Below, in pieces: positions 25,499 through 38,359 of a DNA stretch of 64,000 bases (the stretch's first letter is position 1; the number at the start of each line of letters is the position of its first letter). The notes under the pieces are model-generated. The model was not told where the DNA came from. It ran no database searches and was given only the letters and a program-made list of their open reading frames with translations. The translations under genes were made by a program, and so were the position numbers. Source of the stretch: Octopus vulgaris (lineage: Eukaryota); the NCBI GenBank assembly GCA_951406725.2, contig OX597825.1, positions 45,570,001 to 45,634,000 of the forward strand, written 5' to 3'.

Positions 25499-26358
25499 GT
25501 ACGATTATATTTACCAAAGAGATCTCTGAAATCAGAAAACTTCACGATACAAATTGTCAAAATATTGCTAAGCTTCAAAATAGGAACAGAATTGGAAATG
25601 CAAATTTCATGCTTGCAGAGTGCTATTTACACATTTGTGATTTATCATTTTTCTGATAAAAACACTTTTCAGACAAATAATGTTTTGTTAATTATAAGTT
25701 AGCTGATTGATAATACGATTATATTTATCAAAGATATCCCTAAGCTTGAAAATATGAAAAATATTGCAAATGCAAATTTCTTGTTTTTCACTATACATAT
25801 TTGAAACATTTTATTTTTGACAGAAAAACTTTTCTGACTAATAACCTTTTGCTACATATATGTTAGTCGATTATTAATCACATTATAGTTATTAAAGAGA
25901 TAACTGAAATCAGAAACCTATTCAGAAAACAAAATGCGTCAAAATATTGCAAATAAACATAAAAATGTGAACAAAATAGCAAATGCGAATTATTTAGTGT
26001 TCTATTAATAAATTTGTGATTTATCATTTTTCAACCAAACACTTTTCAGATTAATAACGTTTTGTTAAATATATGTTAGCTGTTTGATAATTTATCAAAA
26101 GAGATCGCTAAGCTGGTAAATATAAAAAGGATTGCAAATGCAAATTTCTTGTTTTCAGTATACACATTTGTAACATTTCATTTTTGTGAGAAACACTTTT
26201 CTAATAACATTTCGCTATATATATGTTAGCCGATTATTAATCAGATTATATTTATCAAAGAGATAACTGAAATCACTTTTCAGAAAACCAAATGTGTCAA
26301 AATATTGCATATAAGCATAAAAATTTGAACAAACTTGCAAATGTTTTAAAAGGTTCAG

Positions 26359-26418
26359 TTGCGTATCGAAACGATTTCATGGTCAGTGCTGTAACACACC
26401 CTCCACTCATCAGTGCAA
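26359..26418 (-). ncRNA. Satellite type I hammerhead, copy 2
   Basis: UUGCA-CUGAUGA-GUGG..CCAU-GAAA-UCG-UUU-CGAU-A-CGCAA. Confidence 0.75.
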
Positions 26419-26468
26419 ACATAACCAGATACATAAATGTAAATACTAATAAATACCATAAATACTAC

Positions 26469-26512
<44 letters not shown>

Positions 26513-27396
26513 GTTGATTCATAAAACGATTATATTTACCGGAGAGATCTCTGAAATCAGAAAACTTCTCACGATATAAGCATAAAAACGTGAACGAAAT
26601 TGCAAATGCGAATTTCATGTTTTTTTATTGTTCTATTAACGCACTTGTGATTTATCATTTTTCCGATAAAAACACTTTTTAGACAAATAACGTTTCGAAA
26701 ATGCAATTTTCTTGTTTTTCAGTATGCACATTTGTGACATTTCATTTTTGTGAGAAACATTTTTCCGACTAATAACATTTTGCTATATATTAGCTGATTA
26801 ATAATACGATAATATTTATCAAAGATATTGCTAAGCTTGAAAATATGAAAATTACTGCAAATGAAATTTCTTGTTTTTCACTATACATATGTGACATTTT
26901 ATTTTTGACAGAAAAACTTTTTGCTATATATATATATATATTTATTAAAGAGATAACTGAAATCACTTTTCAGAAAACAAAATGTGTCAAAATATTGCAA
27001 ATAAGCATAAAAACGTGAACAAAATGGCAAATGCGAATTTCTTGTTATTTAGTGTTCTATTAATAAATTTGTGATTTATCATTTTTCAACCAAACATTTT
27101 CAGATTAATAACGTTTTGTTATTAATATATGTTAGCTGTTTGATAATAAGATTATATTTATGAAAAGTGATCGCTAAGCTTGTAAATATAAAAAGTATTG
27201 CAAATGCAAATTTCTTGTTTTTAGTATACACATTTGTATCATTTCATTTTTGTGAGAAACACTTTTCTAATAACATTTCGCTATAATCAGATTATATTTA
27301 TCAAAGAGATAACTGAAATCACTTTTCAGAAAACAAAATGTGTCAAAATATTGCATAAAAACGTGAACAAACTTGCAAATGTTTTAAAAGATTCAC

Positions 27397-27456
27397 TTGC
27401 GTATCGAAACGATTTCATGATCAGTGCTGTAACACGCCCACCACTCATCAGTGCAA
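27397..27456 (-). ncRNA. Satellite type I hammerhead, copy 3
   Basis: Same core, with stem II GUGGU/AUCAU. Confidence 0.75.
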
Positions 27457-28891
27457 ACATAACCGGCTACAAAAATATAAATACTAATAAATACCATGCG
27501 AATCCAACACATATATATGTTAGCTGATTCATAGTACGATTATATTTACCAAAGATTTGTGAAATCAGAAAACCTGACGATACAAATTGTCAAAATATTG
27601 CTAAGCTTCAAAATAGGAGCAAAATTGGAAATGCAACTTTCATGCTTTCACATGTGTGATTTATCATTTTTCTGATAAAAACACTTTTCAGACAAATAAC
27701 GTTTTGCAATATATATGTTAGCTGATTGATAATACGATTATATTTATAAAAGCTTGAAAATATGAAAATTATTGAAAACGCAAATTTCTTGTTTTTCACT
27801 GTACATATTTGTGACATTTTATTTTTGACAAAAAAACTTTTTGCTACATATATGTTAGTCGATTATTAATCACATGATATTTATTAAAGAGATAACTGAA
27901 ATCACTTTTCAGAAAACAAAATGTGTCAAAATATTGCAAATAAACAAAAATGTGAAAAAAATCGCAAATGCGAATTTCATGTCATTTAGTGTACTATCAA
28001 TAAATTTGTGATTTATCATTTTTCAGACAAACACTTTTAGGGCAAATAAACGTTTTGTTAACTGATTGATATTTATCAAAGAGATCGCTAAGCTTGAAAA
28101 TATGAAAACTATTGCAAATGCAAATTTCTTGTTTTTCAGTATACACATTTGTGACATTTTATTTTTGTGAGAAACATTTTTCTGAGTAATAACATTTTGC
28201 TATATATATGTTAGCCGATTATTAGATTATATTTATCAAAGAGATAACTGAAATCACTTTTCAGAAAACAAAATGTGTCAAAAAATTGCAAATAAGCATA
28301 AAAACGATTTCATGGTCAGTGCTGTCACACGCCCACCACTCATCAGTGCAAACATAACCAGATACATAAATATAAATACTAATAAACACCGTATAACATA
28401 TAAATATATATATTTATATGTTAGCTGATTCATAATACGATTATATTTACCAAAGAAATCTCTGAAATCAGAAAACTTCTCACGACACAGAAATGTGCCA
28501 AAGTATTGATAAGCTTGAAAATAGGAACAAAATTGCAAATGCAAATTTCAGGCTTATTAACACATTTGTGATTTATCATTTTTCTGACAAATAAAGTTTT
28601 AGCTGTTTGATAATAAGATTATATTTATCAAAAGAGATCGCTAAGCTTGTAAATATAAAAAATATTGCAAATGCAAATTTTTTGTTTTCAGTATACACAT
28701 TTGTGACAATTCCTTTTTGTGAGAAACACTTTTGTAATACCATTTTGCTATATATAGGTTAGCCGATTATTAATCAGATTATATTTATCAAAGAGATAAC
28801 TGAAATCACTTTTCAGAAAACAAAATGTGTCAAAATATTGCATATAAGCATAAAAATGTGAAGAAACTTTTCAAATGTTTAAAAGGTTCAG

Positions 28892-28950
28892 TTGCGTATC
28901 GAAACGATTTCATGGTACTGCTGTAACACGCCCACCACTCATCAGTGCAA
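28892..28950 (-). ncRNA. Satellite type I hammerhead, copy 5
   Basis: Same core, with stem II GUGGU/ACCAU. Confidence 0.75.
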
Positions 28951-30181
28951 ACATAACCGGATACAAATAATAATGCGAATAAGTATAAAAACTTGAACGA
29001 AATTGCAAATGCGAATTTCATATTTTTTTAAATGTATTATTAACGCACTTGTGATTTATCATTTTTCCGATAAAAACACTTTTCAGACAAATAACGTTTA
29101 TATGTTAGCTGATTGTTGATACGATTATATTTATCAAAGTTATCGCTAAGCTTAAAAATATGAAAAATATTGCAAATGCAAATTTCTTGTTTTTCAGTAT
29201 ACACATTTGTGACATTTCATTTTTGTGAGAAACATTTTTCTGACTAATAACATTTTGCTATGTATACGTTAGCCGATTATTAAACAGAAAACAAAATGTT
29301 TCAAAATATTGCAAATGTGTGATCTTTTGGATAAATATAATCTTATCAGTCAGTTAATTATTTTTACCCAAGCATCACTGAAATCATAAATGTTTTCAGA
29401 AAGCAAAACGTATCAAACTATTGCAAATAAGCATAAAAAAAGTGAACAAAATTGCTAATAGAAATTTATTGTTTTTTAACACTTATTTGCAATATTTTGA
29501 CACATTTAATTTCTAAAGACTTGTGAGATTTTAGTGATCTTCTGGATAAATTTAATCACGATTGTTTTCAGAAAACAAAATGTGTCAAAATATTGCAAAT
29601 AAGCATAATAAAGTGAACAAAATTGCTAATACACATTTGTTTTTTTAGTTCTTATTTGCAATATTTTGACATATATTTTGACACATATTTTGTTTTCTGA
29701 AAAATTTGAGATTTTAGTGCTCTCTTGGATAAATATAATTTTATTATCAGATCACTGAAATCACAAATGTTTTCAGAAAACAAAACGTATCAAAATATTG
29801 CAAATAAGAATAAAAAAGTGAACAAAATTGCTTCTTTAAATTTGTTGTTTTTTAGCACTTATTTGCAATATTTTGACACATTTTGTTTTCTGAAAATGTT
29901 TGAGATTTTAGTGATCTCTTGGATAAATATAATATTATTAGTCAACTTATATTTACCCAATTTCTTGTTTTTCAGTATACATATTTGTGAGATTTCATTT
30001 TTGTGAGAAACACTTTTCTGACTAACATTTTGCTATATATATGTTAGCCGATCATTAATCAGATTACATTTATCAAAGATTTAACTGAAATCATTAAAAG
30101 TTTTCAGAAAAAAAATGTGTCAAAATATTGCATATAAGCATAAAAACGTGAACAAACTTGCAAATGTTTTAAAAGGTTCAG

Positions 30182-30241
30182 TTGCGTATCGAAACGATTT
30201 CATGGTCAGTGCTGTAACACGACCTTCACTCATCAGTGCAA
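30182..30241 (-). ncRNA. Satellite type I hammerhead, copy 6 (stem II weakened)
   Basis: Same core, but the stem II 5' strand is mutated to GUGAA. Confidence 0.6.
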
Positions 30242-30290
30242 ACATAACCAGATACATAAATATAAATACTAATAAATACCATACGTATAT

Positions 30291-30349
<59 letters not shown>

Positions 30350-30363
30350 GTTTTATGAATAAG

Positions 30364-30421
<58 letters not shown>

Positions 30422-31274
30422 AGCTGATTCATAAAACGATTATATTTACCGAAGAGTTAACTGAAATCACAAAAATTTTCAGAAAACAAAATGTGTCAAA
30501 ATATTGCGATTAAGCATAAAAACGTGAACAAAATTGCAAATACGAATTTTATGTTTTTTTCGTGTACTAATAACACATTTGTGATTTATCATTTTTCTGA
30601 TAGAAACACTTTTCAGACAAATAGCGTTTTGTTAATTATATGTTAGCTGATTGATAATACGATTATATTTATCAAAGATATCGCTATGCTTGAAAATATG
30701 TAAATTACTGCAAATGCAAATTTCTTGTTTTTCTCTATACATATTTGTAACATTTTATTTTTGACAAAAAAACTTTTCTGACTAATTTTGCTATATATAT
30801 GTTAGCCGATTATTAAACAGATTATATTTATGTTAGCTGATTCATAATACGATTATATTTACCAAATATCTAAGGGATATTAAATATCCAATATACTTCT
30901 GGATGTGTGCCTAATTATTTATAACCAGTCAAACCGTCCAACCCATGCTAGCATGGAAAGCAGACGTTAAATGACGTTAAAAACAACATTCGAGCGTGGT
31001 CGTGGTCGTTGCTTACTATTGCATGGCAATATCGCAATTGGGTATTAGGTATGGGTGGGCGTAAATTAGCAATTTACCCAGGATTTATAAGGCAAATAAG
31101 TAAATGGAAGAGGATATCCAATAGACAAACATCAACCAGTAAACATTCAATTATAACTAATTAGTAAATGATTACAAACATATGTGTTGATACAAATTAA
31201 CGAATGAAATATGTCAATAACTACAGAAACAGATATATACATCTACATATACTATATATATATATATATATATA

Positions 31275-31305
<31 letters not shown>

Positions 31306-31817
31306 ACATATACTATATATATATATTATATTTGACCCCTAATATATTCACTTGATTAATAAGATCCAAAGTATCAAAATATTCAAAACCTGCCAGCTAA
31401 ATATAAAGTTGATGTATATAAATATAAAAAAATCTCTGTATTCTCTATAAATGGTCACTGTGACCATTTGACATTGACCTAGTTTTCCTAATACATATTC
31501 TGTTTGCCAAATAGTAGTAAACGGCCTCTGTAGCATTACAACCCTTTCTCTCTACCTCAATTTCTTTATATAGAACTTTGACATCTATTTCACCCCTATT
31601 TCTATAAATAGAAAATCTTTCTTATCTCCTTTCAATTGATCATTCTTCCCAAACCTTCTAGCAGTTCAAAACAACTGAATATTCTTCAGTCAGTTGATAA
31701 ACTCTACTACCTTAATGTTCTTAAAATTTAAATCAACATCTTTGTCTATATATCTACCTTCTATATAATATTATCAATTGATATGAAAATTATGTATTAA
31801 TGGAAAACCTCTATTAA

Positions 31818-31883
31818 TGGCTGATGATTGCTCACTATTTTAAAACATTTAATAAAATGATGTAGCGTGAAACGATCGTACCA
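31818..31883 (+). ncRNA. Minimal type I hammerhead (Penelope-type)
   Basis: UGG-CUGAUGA-(UGCU..AGCG)-GAAAC-GAUC-GUA-CCA with palindrome ACGAUCGU. An inverted partial copy lies at 32081-32101. Confidence 0.7.
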
Positions 31884-31912
31884 AATTACCGAAGTTATTC
31901 TTGTTGCTTATT

Positions 31913-31999
<87 letters not shown>

Positions 32000-32307
32000 T
32001 ATATACATATCATCAATGATAATAAAGGGTAAAATTAATTAATCAATTTATAATTAATAATCTTACCAAACTACTAGCTTGGTAATTTGGTACGATCGTT
32101 TAAAAGAACCTTTATCGGTAAACTTATACAAAAATTATTATAATTATAATCATAATTAGGGCTTAGCAAAATTGCTTCACCACATACCGAAATTTAGAAA
32201 TAGCAGTTAAATACTATTCTACTACCATAAGATATCTCCCAGACAGCAATATTCTCAACTTACACAAGCAAAGAGAAAAAAATAACGAACCCACCTGGCT
32301 TTGATTA

Positions 32308-32376
32308 ACTATATACACGTTTCTGGATTAAAGATATATAAAATAACTCACACCTTATTTCCTTCATCAGTGTAGT
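32308..32376 (-). ncRNA. Minimal type I hammerhead, degenerate
   Basis: ACUACA-CUGAUGA-AGGA..UCCA-GAAAC-GU-GUA-UAUAGU, with one stem I mismatch. Confidence 0.55.
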
Positions 32377-32549
32377 ATTTCAATTATAAATTTGAGAGCA
32401 CTAGCAATCAAGATATTCGACCAAGCACCAATGAGCAAAATTAATATCCCAAAAGCCAGTACTTCTGAATTCATATAGACGAGTAGACGAGTATATATAC
32501 ATATATATATGTATATATATGTATATATACATATATATATATATGTATT

Positions 32550-32608
<59 letters not shown>

Positions 32609-32610
<2 letters not shown>

Positions 32611-32853
32611 TGCAATTGTTTTCGTTCCAGCATCTCCCTATATATATATATATAGGGAGATGTACTCACATAGCAAGTGATTTGATCTGAGATCGTGTGC
32701 TGGAACGAAAACAATTGCAGCATGGAAGGTGTTTGTAAGCCATTTAAGAAACACACAAAAGCAGTTCGATTCACTTCAACATTTAAGTTGAAGTGAATCG
32801 AATGGCTTTTGTGTGTTTCTTAAATGACTTACAAACACCTTCCATGCTGCAAT

Positions 32854-32856
<3 letters not shown>
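32609..32856. repeat. Nested inverted repeats between (TA)n tracts
   Basis: Near-perfect ~70-bp arms at 32712-32784 and 32791-32856, plus a second pair at 32609-32632 and 32698-32721. Confidence 0.8.
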
Positions 32857-32889
<33 letters not shown>

Positions 32890-32894
<5 letters not shown>

Positions 32895-34513
32895 AAAACA
32901 CGGACGGGACATTCGAAGCCTTCAATCTTCAGTCAAGAACCGGATCATCCTCGCAATTTCTTCTGATTAATCTTGAGATTGCTCCGACCTGGTGTGCATT
33001 AGATTCCTTGGAAGAAAGCCTCGAATGTGTACACAACAAGGACGGGAACAAATAAGAATACAAAAATATGTAAAAATAATAATGATAACACGAATAAGAA
33101 TACGAAAATACGTAAAAACAATAAGGATAATAATAACAAAAACAGAACGTCACAGACAGGCGTCTTTTCGACAGGACGGGTGAACTTGAGCTGGCGCATT
33201 GGAAAAATGCCTTGAGGCGAAGAGAGAAAAATAAATGTGTTTAGCCTAGACGGCTGCTGACCACGAAAAGGCAGGACAGCAGTCCAAAGTTAGTCACGTG
33301 TGAGAAGAGAGAGGAGAAAAGAGGGACAGAGGAAGAGAGAAAAAAGGGAACAAGGAACAAAGGACGAGAAGAGAGAGAGAGAGAGAGAAAGAGACAGATC
33401 AAAGTGGAGTGCAAAGTGTGAAAGGCAGAGAAATGTAGAAGAGGGGGGAGAGAGAGAGACAGTCTTATAGAGTCGTACCATGTTTAAAGAAAAATGCACT
33501 TACATACAAGATCAAAAAGGGTACGGGCGTCGCCATATATATATGTATATGTAAAAAAACACAAACTGGGACAAGAACGCAAAACATTTAGAAGACGATA
33601 CAAAAAACACGGACGGGACATTCGAAGCCTTCAATCTTCAGTCAAGAAACGGATCATCCTCACAATTTCGGCTGATTAATCTTGAGATCGCTCCGATCCG
33701 GCCAGCCCCAAGGAAAAACTAAGCTACGAGCATTAGATTTCTTGAAAAAAGGATCAAATGTATACGAAAGAAGAACAGAAAAATGGACGATGCCACACGA
33801 ATATAAATACAAAAAACAATAATAGTAATAACAGGACAAAAGCAGCGGGTGTCTTACGACTATAGACAGTACAACTTAGCTGGCGTATTTGGAAAAAAAT
33901 GCCTTTTTCGGCAGACGAAGAAAACGATGTTCTCGTGGCGGTGGTCAGAAGCCGAAAGGCTGGTTGACCAGCGGTCATGTGAGAAGAGAAGAGAGAGAAA
34001 AAAAGGGGGCAAAGGAATCAAAGAGAGAGAGAAAAGGGGGGAGAAGAGAGAGAAAGAAGGAATTAAAGAGGGGAGAAGAAAGAGAGCGTGCCAAGGATTG
34101 GCTTGGCGACAGAATCAGTGAGGTGCAAAGTGAGAAAGACAGAGAAATGTGAGAGAGTGGGGGAAGAGGAGACCAAAGAACCAGAGGCAAGAAAGGAGAG
34201 AAGGAGGAGGAGAAGAGAGAGAGAGAGAAAGAGACAGATCAAAGAGGAGTGCAAAGTGTGAAAGGCAGAGAAATGTAGGAGAAGAGGGAGAGAGAGACAG
34301 TGTTATAGAGTCGTACCAAATTTAAAGAAATATGTACTTACATACAAGACCAAGAAGGGTACGGGCGCCGCTATATATATGTATATGTATATGTAAAAAA
34401 ATACAAACTGGGACAAGAACTCAAAACATTTAGAAGACGATACAAAAAACACGGACGGGACATTCGAAGCCTTCAATCTTCAGTCAAGAACCGGATCATC
34501 CTCGCAATTTCAG

Positions 34514-34518
<5 letters not shown>
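32890..34518 (-). mobile_element. Non-coding tandem element (units ~710 and ~840 bp), each unit carrying a permuted hammerhead, inserted in (TA)n
   Basis: CACGGACGGGACATTCGAAGCCTTCAATCTTCAGTCAAGAA recurs at ~32899, 33608 and 34450. Spacers are purine-rich and both flanks are (TA)n. Confidence 0.8.
33635..33709 (-). ncRNA. Non-circularly permuted hammerhead-like ribozyme (most complete copy)
   Basis: GGCUG-G-CCGGAUC-GGA-GCGA-UC-UCAAGA-UUAAU-CAGCC-GAAA-UUGU-GAGGAU-GAUCCGU-U-UCUUGA-CUGAAGA. Confidence 0.75.
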
Positions 34519-34544
<26 letters not shown>

Positions 34545-34548
<4 letters not shown>

Positions 34549-35109
34549 AATCGAAATCGAACCAAATTCGACAACTAGCACCCATGCCAACCTCCCTTCA
34601 TTGGACACTAAACTCTGCTTGCGAAGACCTGTTGGGGCAAGTGAAATCGAAATTGAACCAAATTCGATGACTTGCACCCGTGCCAGTGGAGCGCTAACAG
34701 CTCCATCCGAGCAGGATCACTGCCAGAGCAGCTGTCTGGCTTTCATGCCAGTGGCACATAAAAAGCACCACTTGAGCATGATCGTTACCAACGTCACCTT
34801 ACAGGCACGTGAACAAAACATTCAAGCGAGGTTGTTGCTAGTGCCACTGGACTGACTCTTGTGCAGATGGCACGTAAAAAACACCATTTGAGCGTGGCCG
34901 TTGCCAGTAGCGCTTGACTGGCCCTCATGCCGGTGGCACATAAAATCACCCACTACACTCTTGGAGTGGTTGGCGTTAGGAAGGGCATCCAGCTGTAGAA
35001 ACTCTACCGGATCAGATTGGAGCCTGGTGCAGCCATCTGGTTCGCCAGTCCTCAGTCAAATAGTCCAACCCATGCTAGCATGGAAAGCAGACGTTAAATG
35101 ATGATGATG

Positions 35110-35110
<1 letters not shown>
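34545..35110 (+). repeat. RTE-tail-related SINE
   Basis: Same family tail as 5760-6272, ending in (GAT)n. Confidence 0.65.
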
Positions 35111-35151
<41 letters not shown>

Positions 35152-35198
35152 TATTAGAGACAAAACCACTATTTTGCAAAAATGTATGTGTGTGTTTA

Positions 35199-35632
35199 TA
35201 TATTTAGGGCTAAACCACTAGGTGGATAACCATACACTAGATCACATACGATCTAACTACAAAAAAAGAATGTTCTCCAGAGAAAATTCAGCAAACACCA
35301 GAACATAAGCGGGCAAGACAGATGAAAGTTATATAAAAATCAAGAATTAATCATATACCGGTTTCGTCTGTTACCGAATAAATTACTTACATAATCCTTC
35401 ATCCGCAGACTCATCAGTATGATCGTTCCAATTCAATATAATTTGAAAAACTAAACACCGGTTGTCCATATAAAACTAGACATGTGTTTAGTTCTACGGA
35501 TTACACTGGGGTTATTTTCAAATGTCTAAGTTCTGGTGCGCTAAATTCTCTGGAGAACATTCTTTCTTTGTAGTTAGATCGTATGTGATCTTCTAGCATA
35601 TGGTTATCCACCTAGTGGTATAGCCCTAAATA
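35199..35632. repeat. Penelope-type inverted terminal structure: ~90-bp arms enclosing a hammerhead
   Basis: 35199-35288 is the reverse complement of 35543-35632, with small indels. Confidence 0.75.
35350..35423 (-). ncRNA. Minimal type I hammerhead
   Basis: AUCAUA-CUGAUGA-GUCUG..CAGAC-GAAAC-CG-GUA-UAUGAU, with perfect stems I and II and palindrome ACCGGU. Confidence 0.85.
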
Positions 35633-36129
35633 TACCACTAGATATTGAAATTTTTTCTGATTTTTCAGATTTTTTATATGCTAAGCTACTGGTTTTAAAT
35701 TTATATTAATTAAATTAATATTCAATTTACCTCCCTCATTATTTAAATATTATTTGGATAATGGATGTGCTCCTAGGCTTTTTCAGAGGGTCCAAATGTT
35801 AGGGAACTAACATGTGTGAATGTCAGTTAAAAAGTAGAGCAGGGTGAAATACGATAAAATAAAATAAAATACTGTGATAGACATTGTAAGGAAAGGTAAG
35901 GTAAGGATTTCAATTAAGGTGTTAATATAATCCATGGTATTCCATCCTGTGGTAAGTCGATGAATAAAGTCACGCTCAGGAGGAATTTCCAAAGGCTGCA
36001 GTTTACATTGTGTTTCCATTATGCTCATTTAATAAATAGGTATAATTGAATGTTTACTGGCAGATGTTTGTCGATTGGATATCCTCTTCATTTTCTTATT
36101 TGCTTTATATATATATTAATTGTTGAAGA

Positions 36130-36880
36130 GGACAACAAACGTTAAGACAAGGCAAACATCTCAAGTCATATACATTATTGTTATTGGGGAAAAAATTTTT
36201 TCTAATAGTAATAATGGCACTATAATAATAATACTGGATCACCTCTTCTAATGCCCCCTCTGTTGTAGCAAGACACCTGCTTCTGTCTCTATGTCTCTTT
36301 GTCACATTTTGATTTTTCATCCTCAGAGACAAGTTCTCCTCTTCAAAATTCCTTGTCTTGTTACTTGGTGACCCTGCCAGTGCTGGTGCCACATTAAAAG
36401 TATCCAGTCTACACAATAATGTTGTTGGCGTTCGGAAGGGCACCCAGATGTAAAATCACGCCAAAACCAACCTTACCTGTGCTTGTGCCACATAAAAAGC
36501 CCTGCCAAAACAGACATAGTAGCCTAGGGTAGCTTTTCTATCTGGCCAGCTCCTGTCAACCATCTTACCCATGCATGCATGGTAGATGGACATTAAATGA
36601 TGATGATGATGACATATATATATAATGTCATTGTTCATGCTCAACAAAGTGTAAGCATTCTGAGAGAAAAGGTGGACATTAGAAGCATCAAATGTGATGT
36701 GACTGTACTCATATGGGTCATGTGATGCATATGGATGAGGACAGCCATGTGAAGAAGTGTTGCACTCTAACAGTGGAGAGAACTTGAGGAAGAGGTTGAC
36801 CCAGGAAGACATGGGACAAGGTGGTGGGGCACAATCTCTGTATGTTGGGCCTTGCAGAGGCCATGACAAGTGACCATGAC
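36130..36880 (+). repeat. RTE-tail SINE followed by an RTE 3' fragment
   Basis: SINE tail ends at 36612. Then LREK.DIRSI..GHVMHMDE..PRKTW, homologous to 5515-5740. Confidence 0.65.
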
Positions 36881-36999
36881 CTTATTAAGGGTATACACGT
36901 CTGTGGGGTGCTCAACCACTTGCATTTTAATTTCCTAAGCAGGCTGCTTCATTGGTCAGATCAATTGGAACCCTCATTATCATAACCAACAGAGAACAA

Positions 37000-37450
37000 C
37001 TTTTTGGGAGCAATTGACAGCATAGATATTTGTGACCTCATAGGATTATTTATACAAGGTACGTTAAATACGAAATTCTTGACAACAGTGCTTGATCTAT
37101 AGAGGGACAATGCTCTACTCATTTCTAGAGGCACAAACAAGCACACCCTGGACAGATTTATCAAAGCCCTGACTTACAAACTTAATTCCCTTGGACTTAA
37201 GATTACCATCTCTAGATCGTCCTTGCCATAGTCAATTTCTTAGAAATAACACTCACTTTGGGCACCGATTTATATAGTTTCTACTGCAAACCTAATGATA
37301 GGCTGTTGTATATCAACACAACTTCCTGCCACTCACCTGTAGTCTTGAAAAACCTCAGAAAGGGTATTACAAAGACGATTTTGAACATCCTCAAATAAAG
37401 ATGTTTTTGACAATGCTTGTCGACAGTATTGCAAAGATAGTAGCTTAACT
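37000..37450 (+). pseudogene. Penelope-like reverse transcriptase remnant
   Basis: YRD(N)AL catalytic-like motif at ~37098 and YCKPNDRLLYINTTSCHSP at ~37282. Confidence 0.55.
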
Positions 37451-37611
37451 ACCTCTGTTGGCCCTGGGCTGTATCCAGAAGCAAGTGTCCTGGGTCAAGT
37501 ACACTTACAACCTCTCCACTCATGGATATTCCACAAACAAAGGACAACTCAAGACATTCATAGCATCCATGGAGTCATGGGAGATGTCAGATATTAGTTA
37601 AGTATAACTGT

Positions 37612-38321
37612 GGAGGTGCATGGCTTAATGGTTAGGGTGTTGGACTCAAGATCATACGATTGTGGTTTCGATTCCTGGACTGGGCGACGTGTTCTTGAGC
37701 AAAACACTTCATTTCACATTGTTCCAGTCCTCTTGGCTGTTTAAAAATGACAGACCAGCAGCCAGTCCAAGGAATGGTATATCTATAGAATCCATTCTCT
37801 GTGTGTGTGTGTGTGTGTTCTAGGATCTTGGGCATCCTCCATCTGATTGCACTCAAATTTGATATGTAGATACCTATGGTGTTAGGGTGTGTATAAGTCT
37901 TGAAAAAATTATGAAACTCGATTCTAGGTGAGAATGCGATTGATAAAGCCATGGGAATGTGCATTTGTACATGCAAGTACATCAGCTGTTGCAATCGATA
38001 CTATGCATACACGAGAAAAATGCATGTGCAGTTTGCTCAAAAAAAGCCAGCTGGTTTGAAATAATGCCACAAAATGCAGTATATTTAAGAGACCCAAAAA
38101 GTAAGATGCAAAGGAGATATTTTCTTCAAACTTAGCATGAAGGAAGGAAAGACTATTTGGTTTCTCAAGAAGTTTTTTTTTGCCTTAACTTCAAGAAAAC
38201 CAAAAATTTTATTGAAATAAAGGCATGCTTAATTATTCTTTAATGAAAAGAAAACACTGATTGATTTTTATTCAGCAGATATGATTCAGCACCATCCATT
38301 GGACAGTAGGGGGGGGTTGCT

Positions 38322-38359
<38 letters not shown>

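Larger units (their letters stand above)
22825..30868. repeat. Complex AT-rich satellite built from reshuffled ~120-180-bp modules, with a hammerhead module in each higher-order unit
   Basis: Recurrent TTAGC.GATT..GATTATATTTATCAAAGAGAT, CAGAAAACAAAATGTGTCAAAATATTGCA and CACATTTGTGACATTTCATTTTTGTGAGAAAC. There is a local inversion at 23484-23673 and fold-back units at 29290-29960. Confidence 0.9.

Noticed and set aside
22825-30868. CRISPR-like array
   Set aside because: The sequence between repeats is itself repeated, units are long and irregular, there are no cas genes, and the context is eukaryotic.
31086-36106. Inverted ~85-bp pair (31086-31170 and 36026-36106) as TIRs
   Set aside because: Diverged, each next to (TA)n-type sequence, with no TSD or transposase. 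Likely separate copies of one repeat.
37612-37690. tRNA genes at SINE heads (also 62320 and 54253)
   Set aside because: A/B boxes are present but no complete cloverleaf, and each continues into a SINE body.
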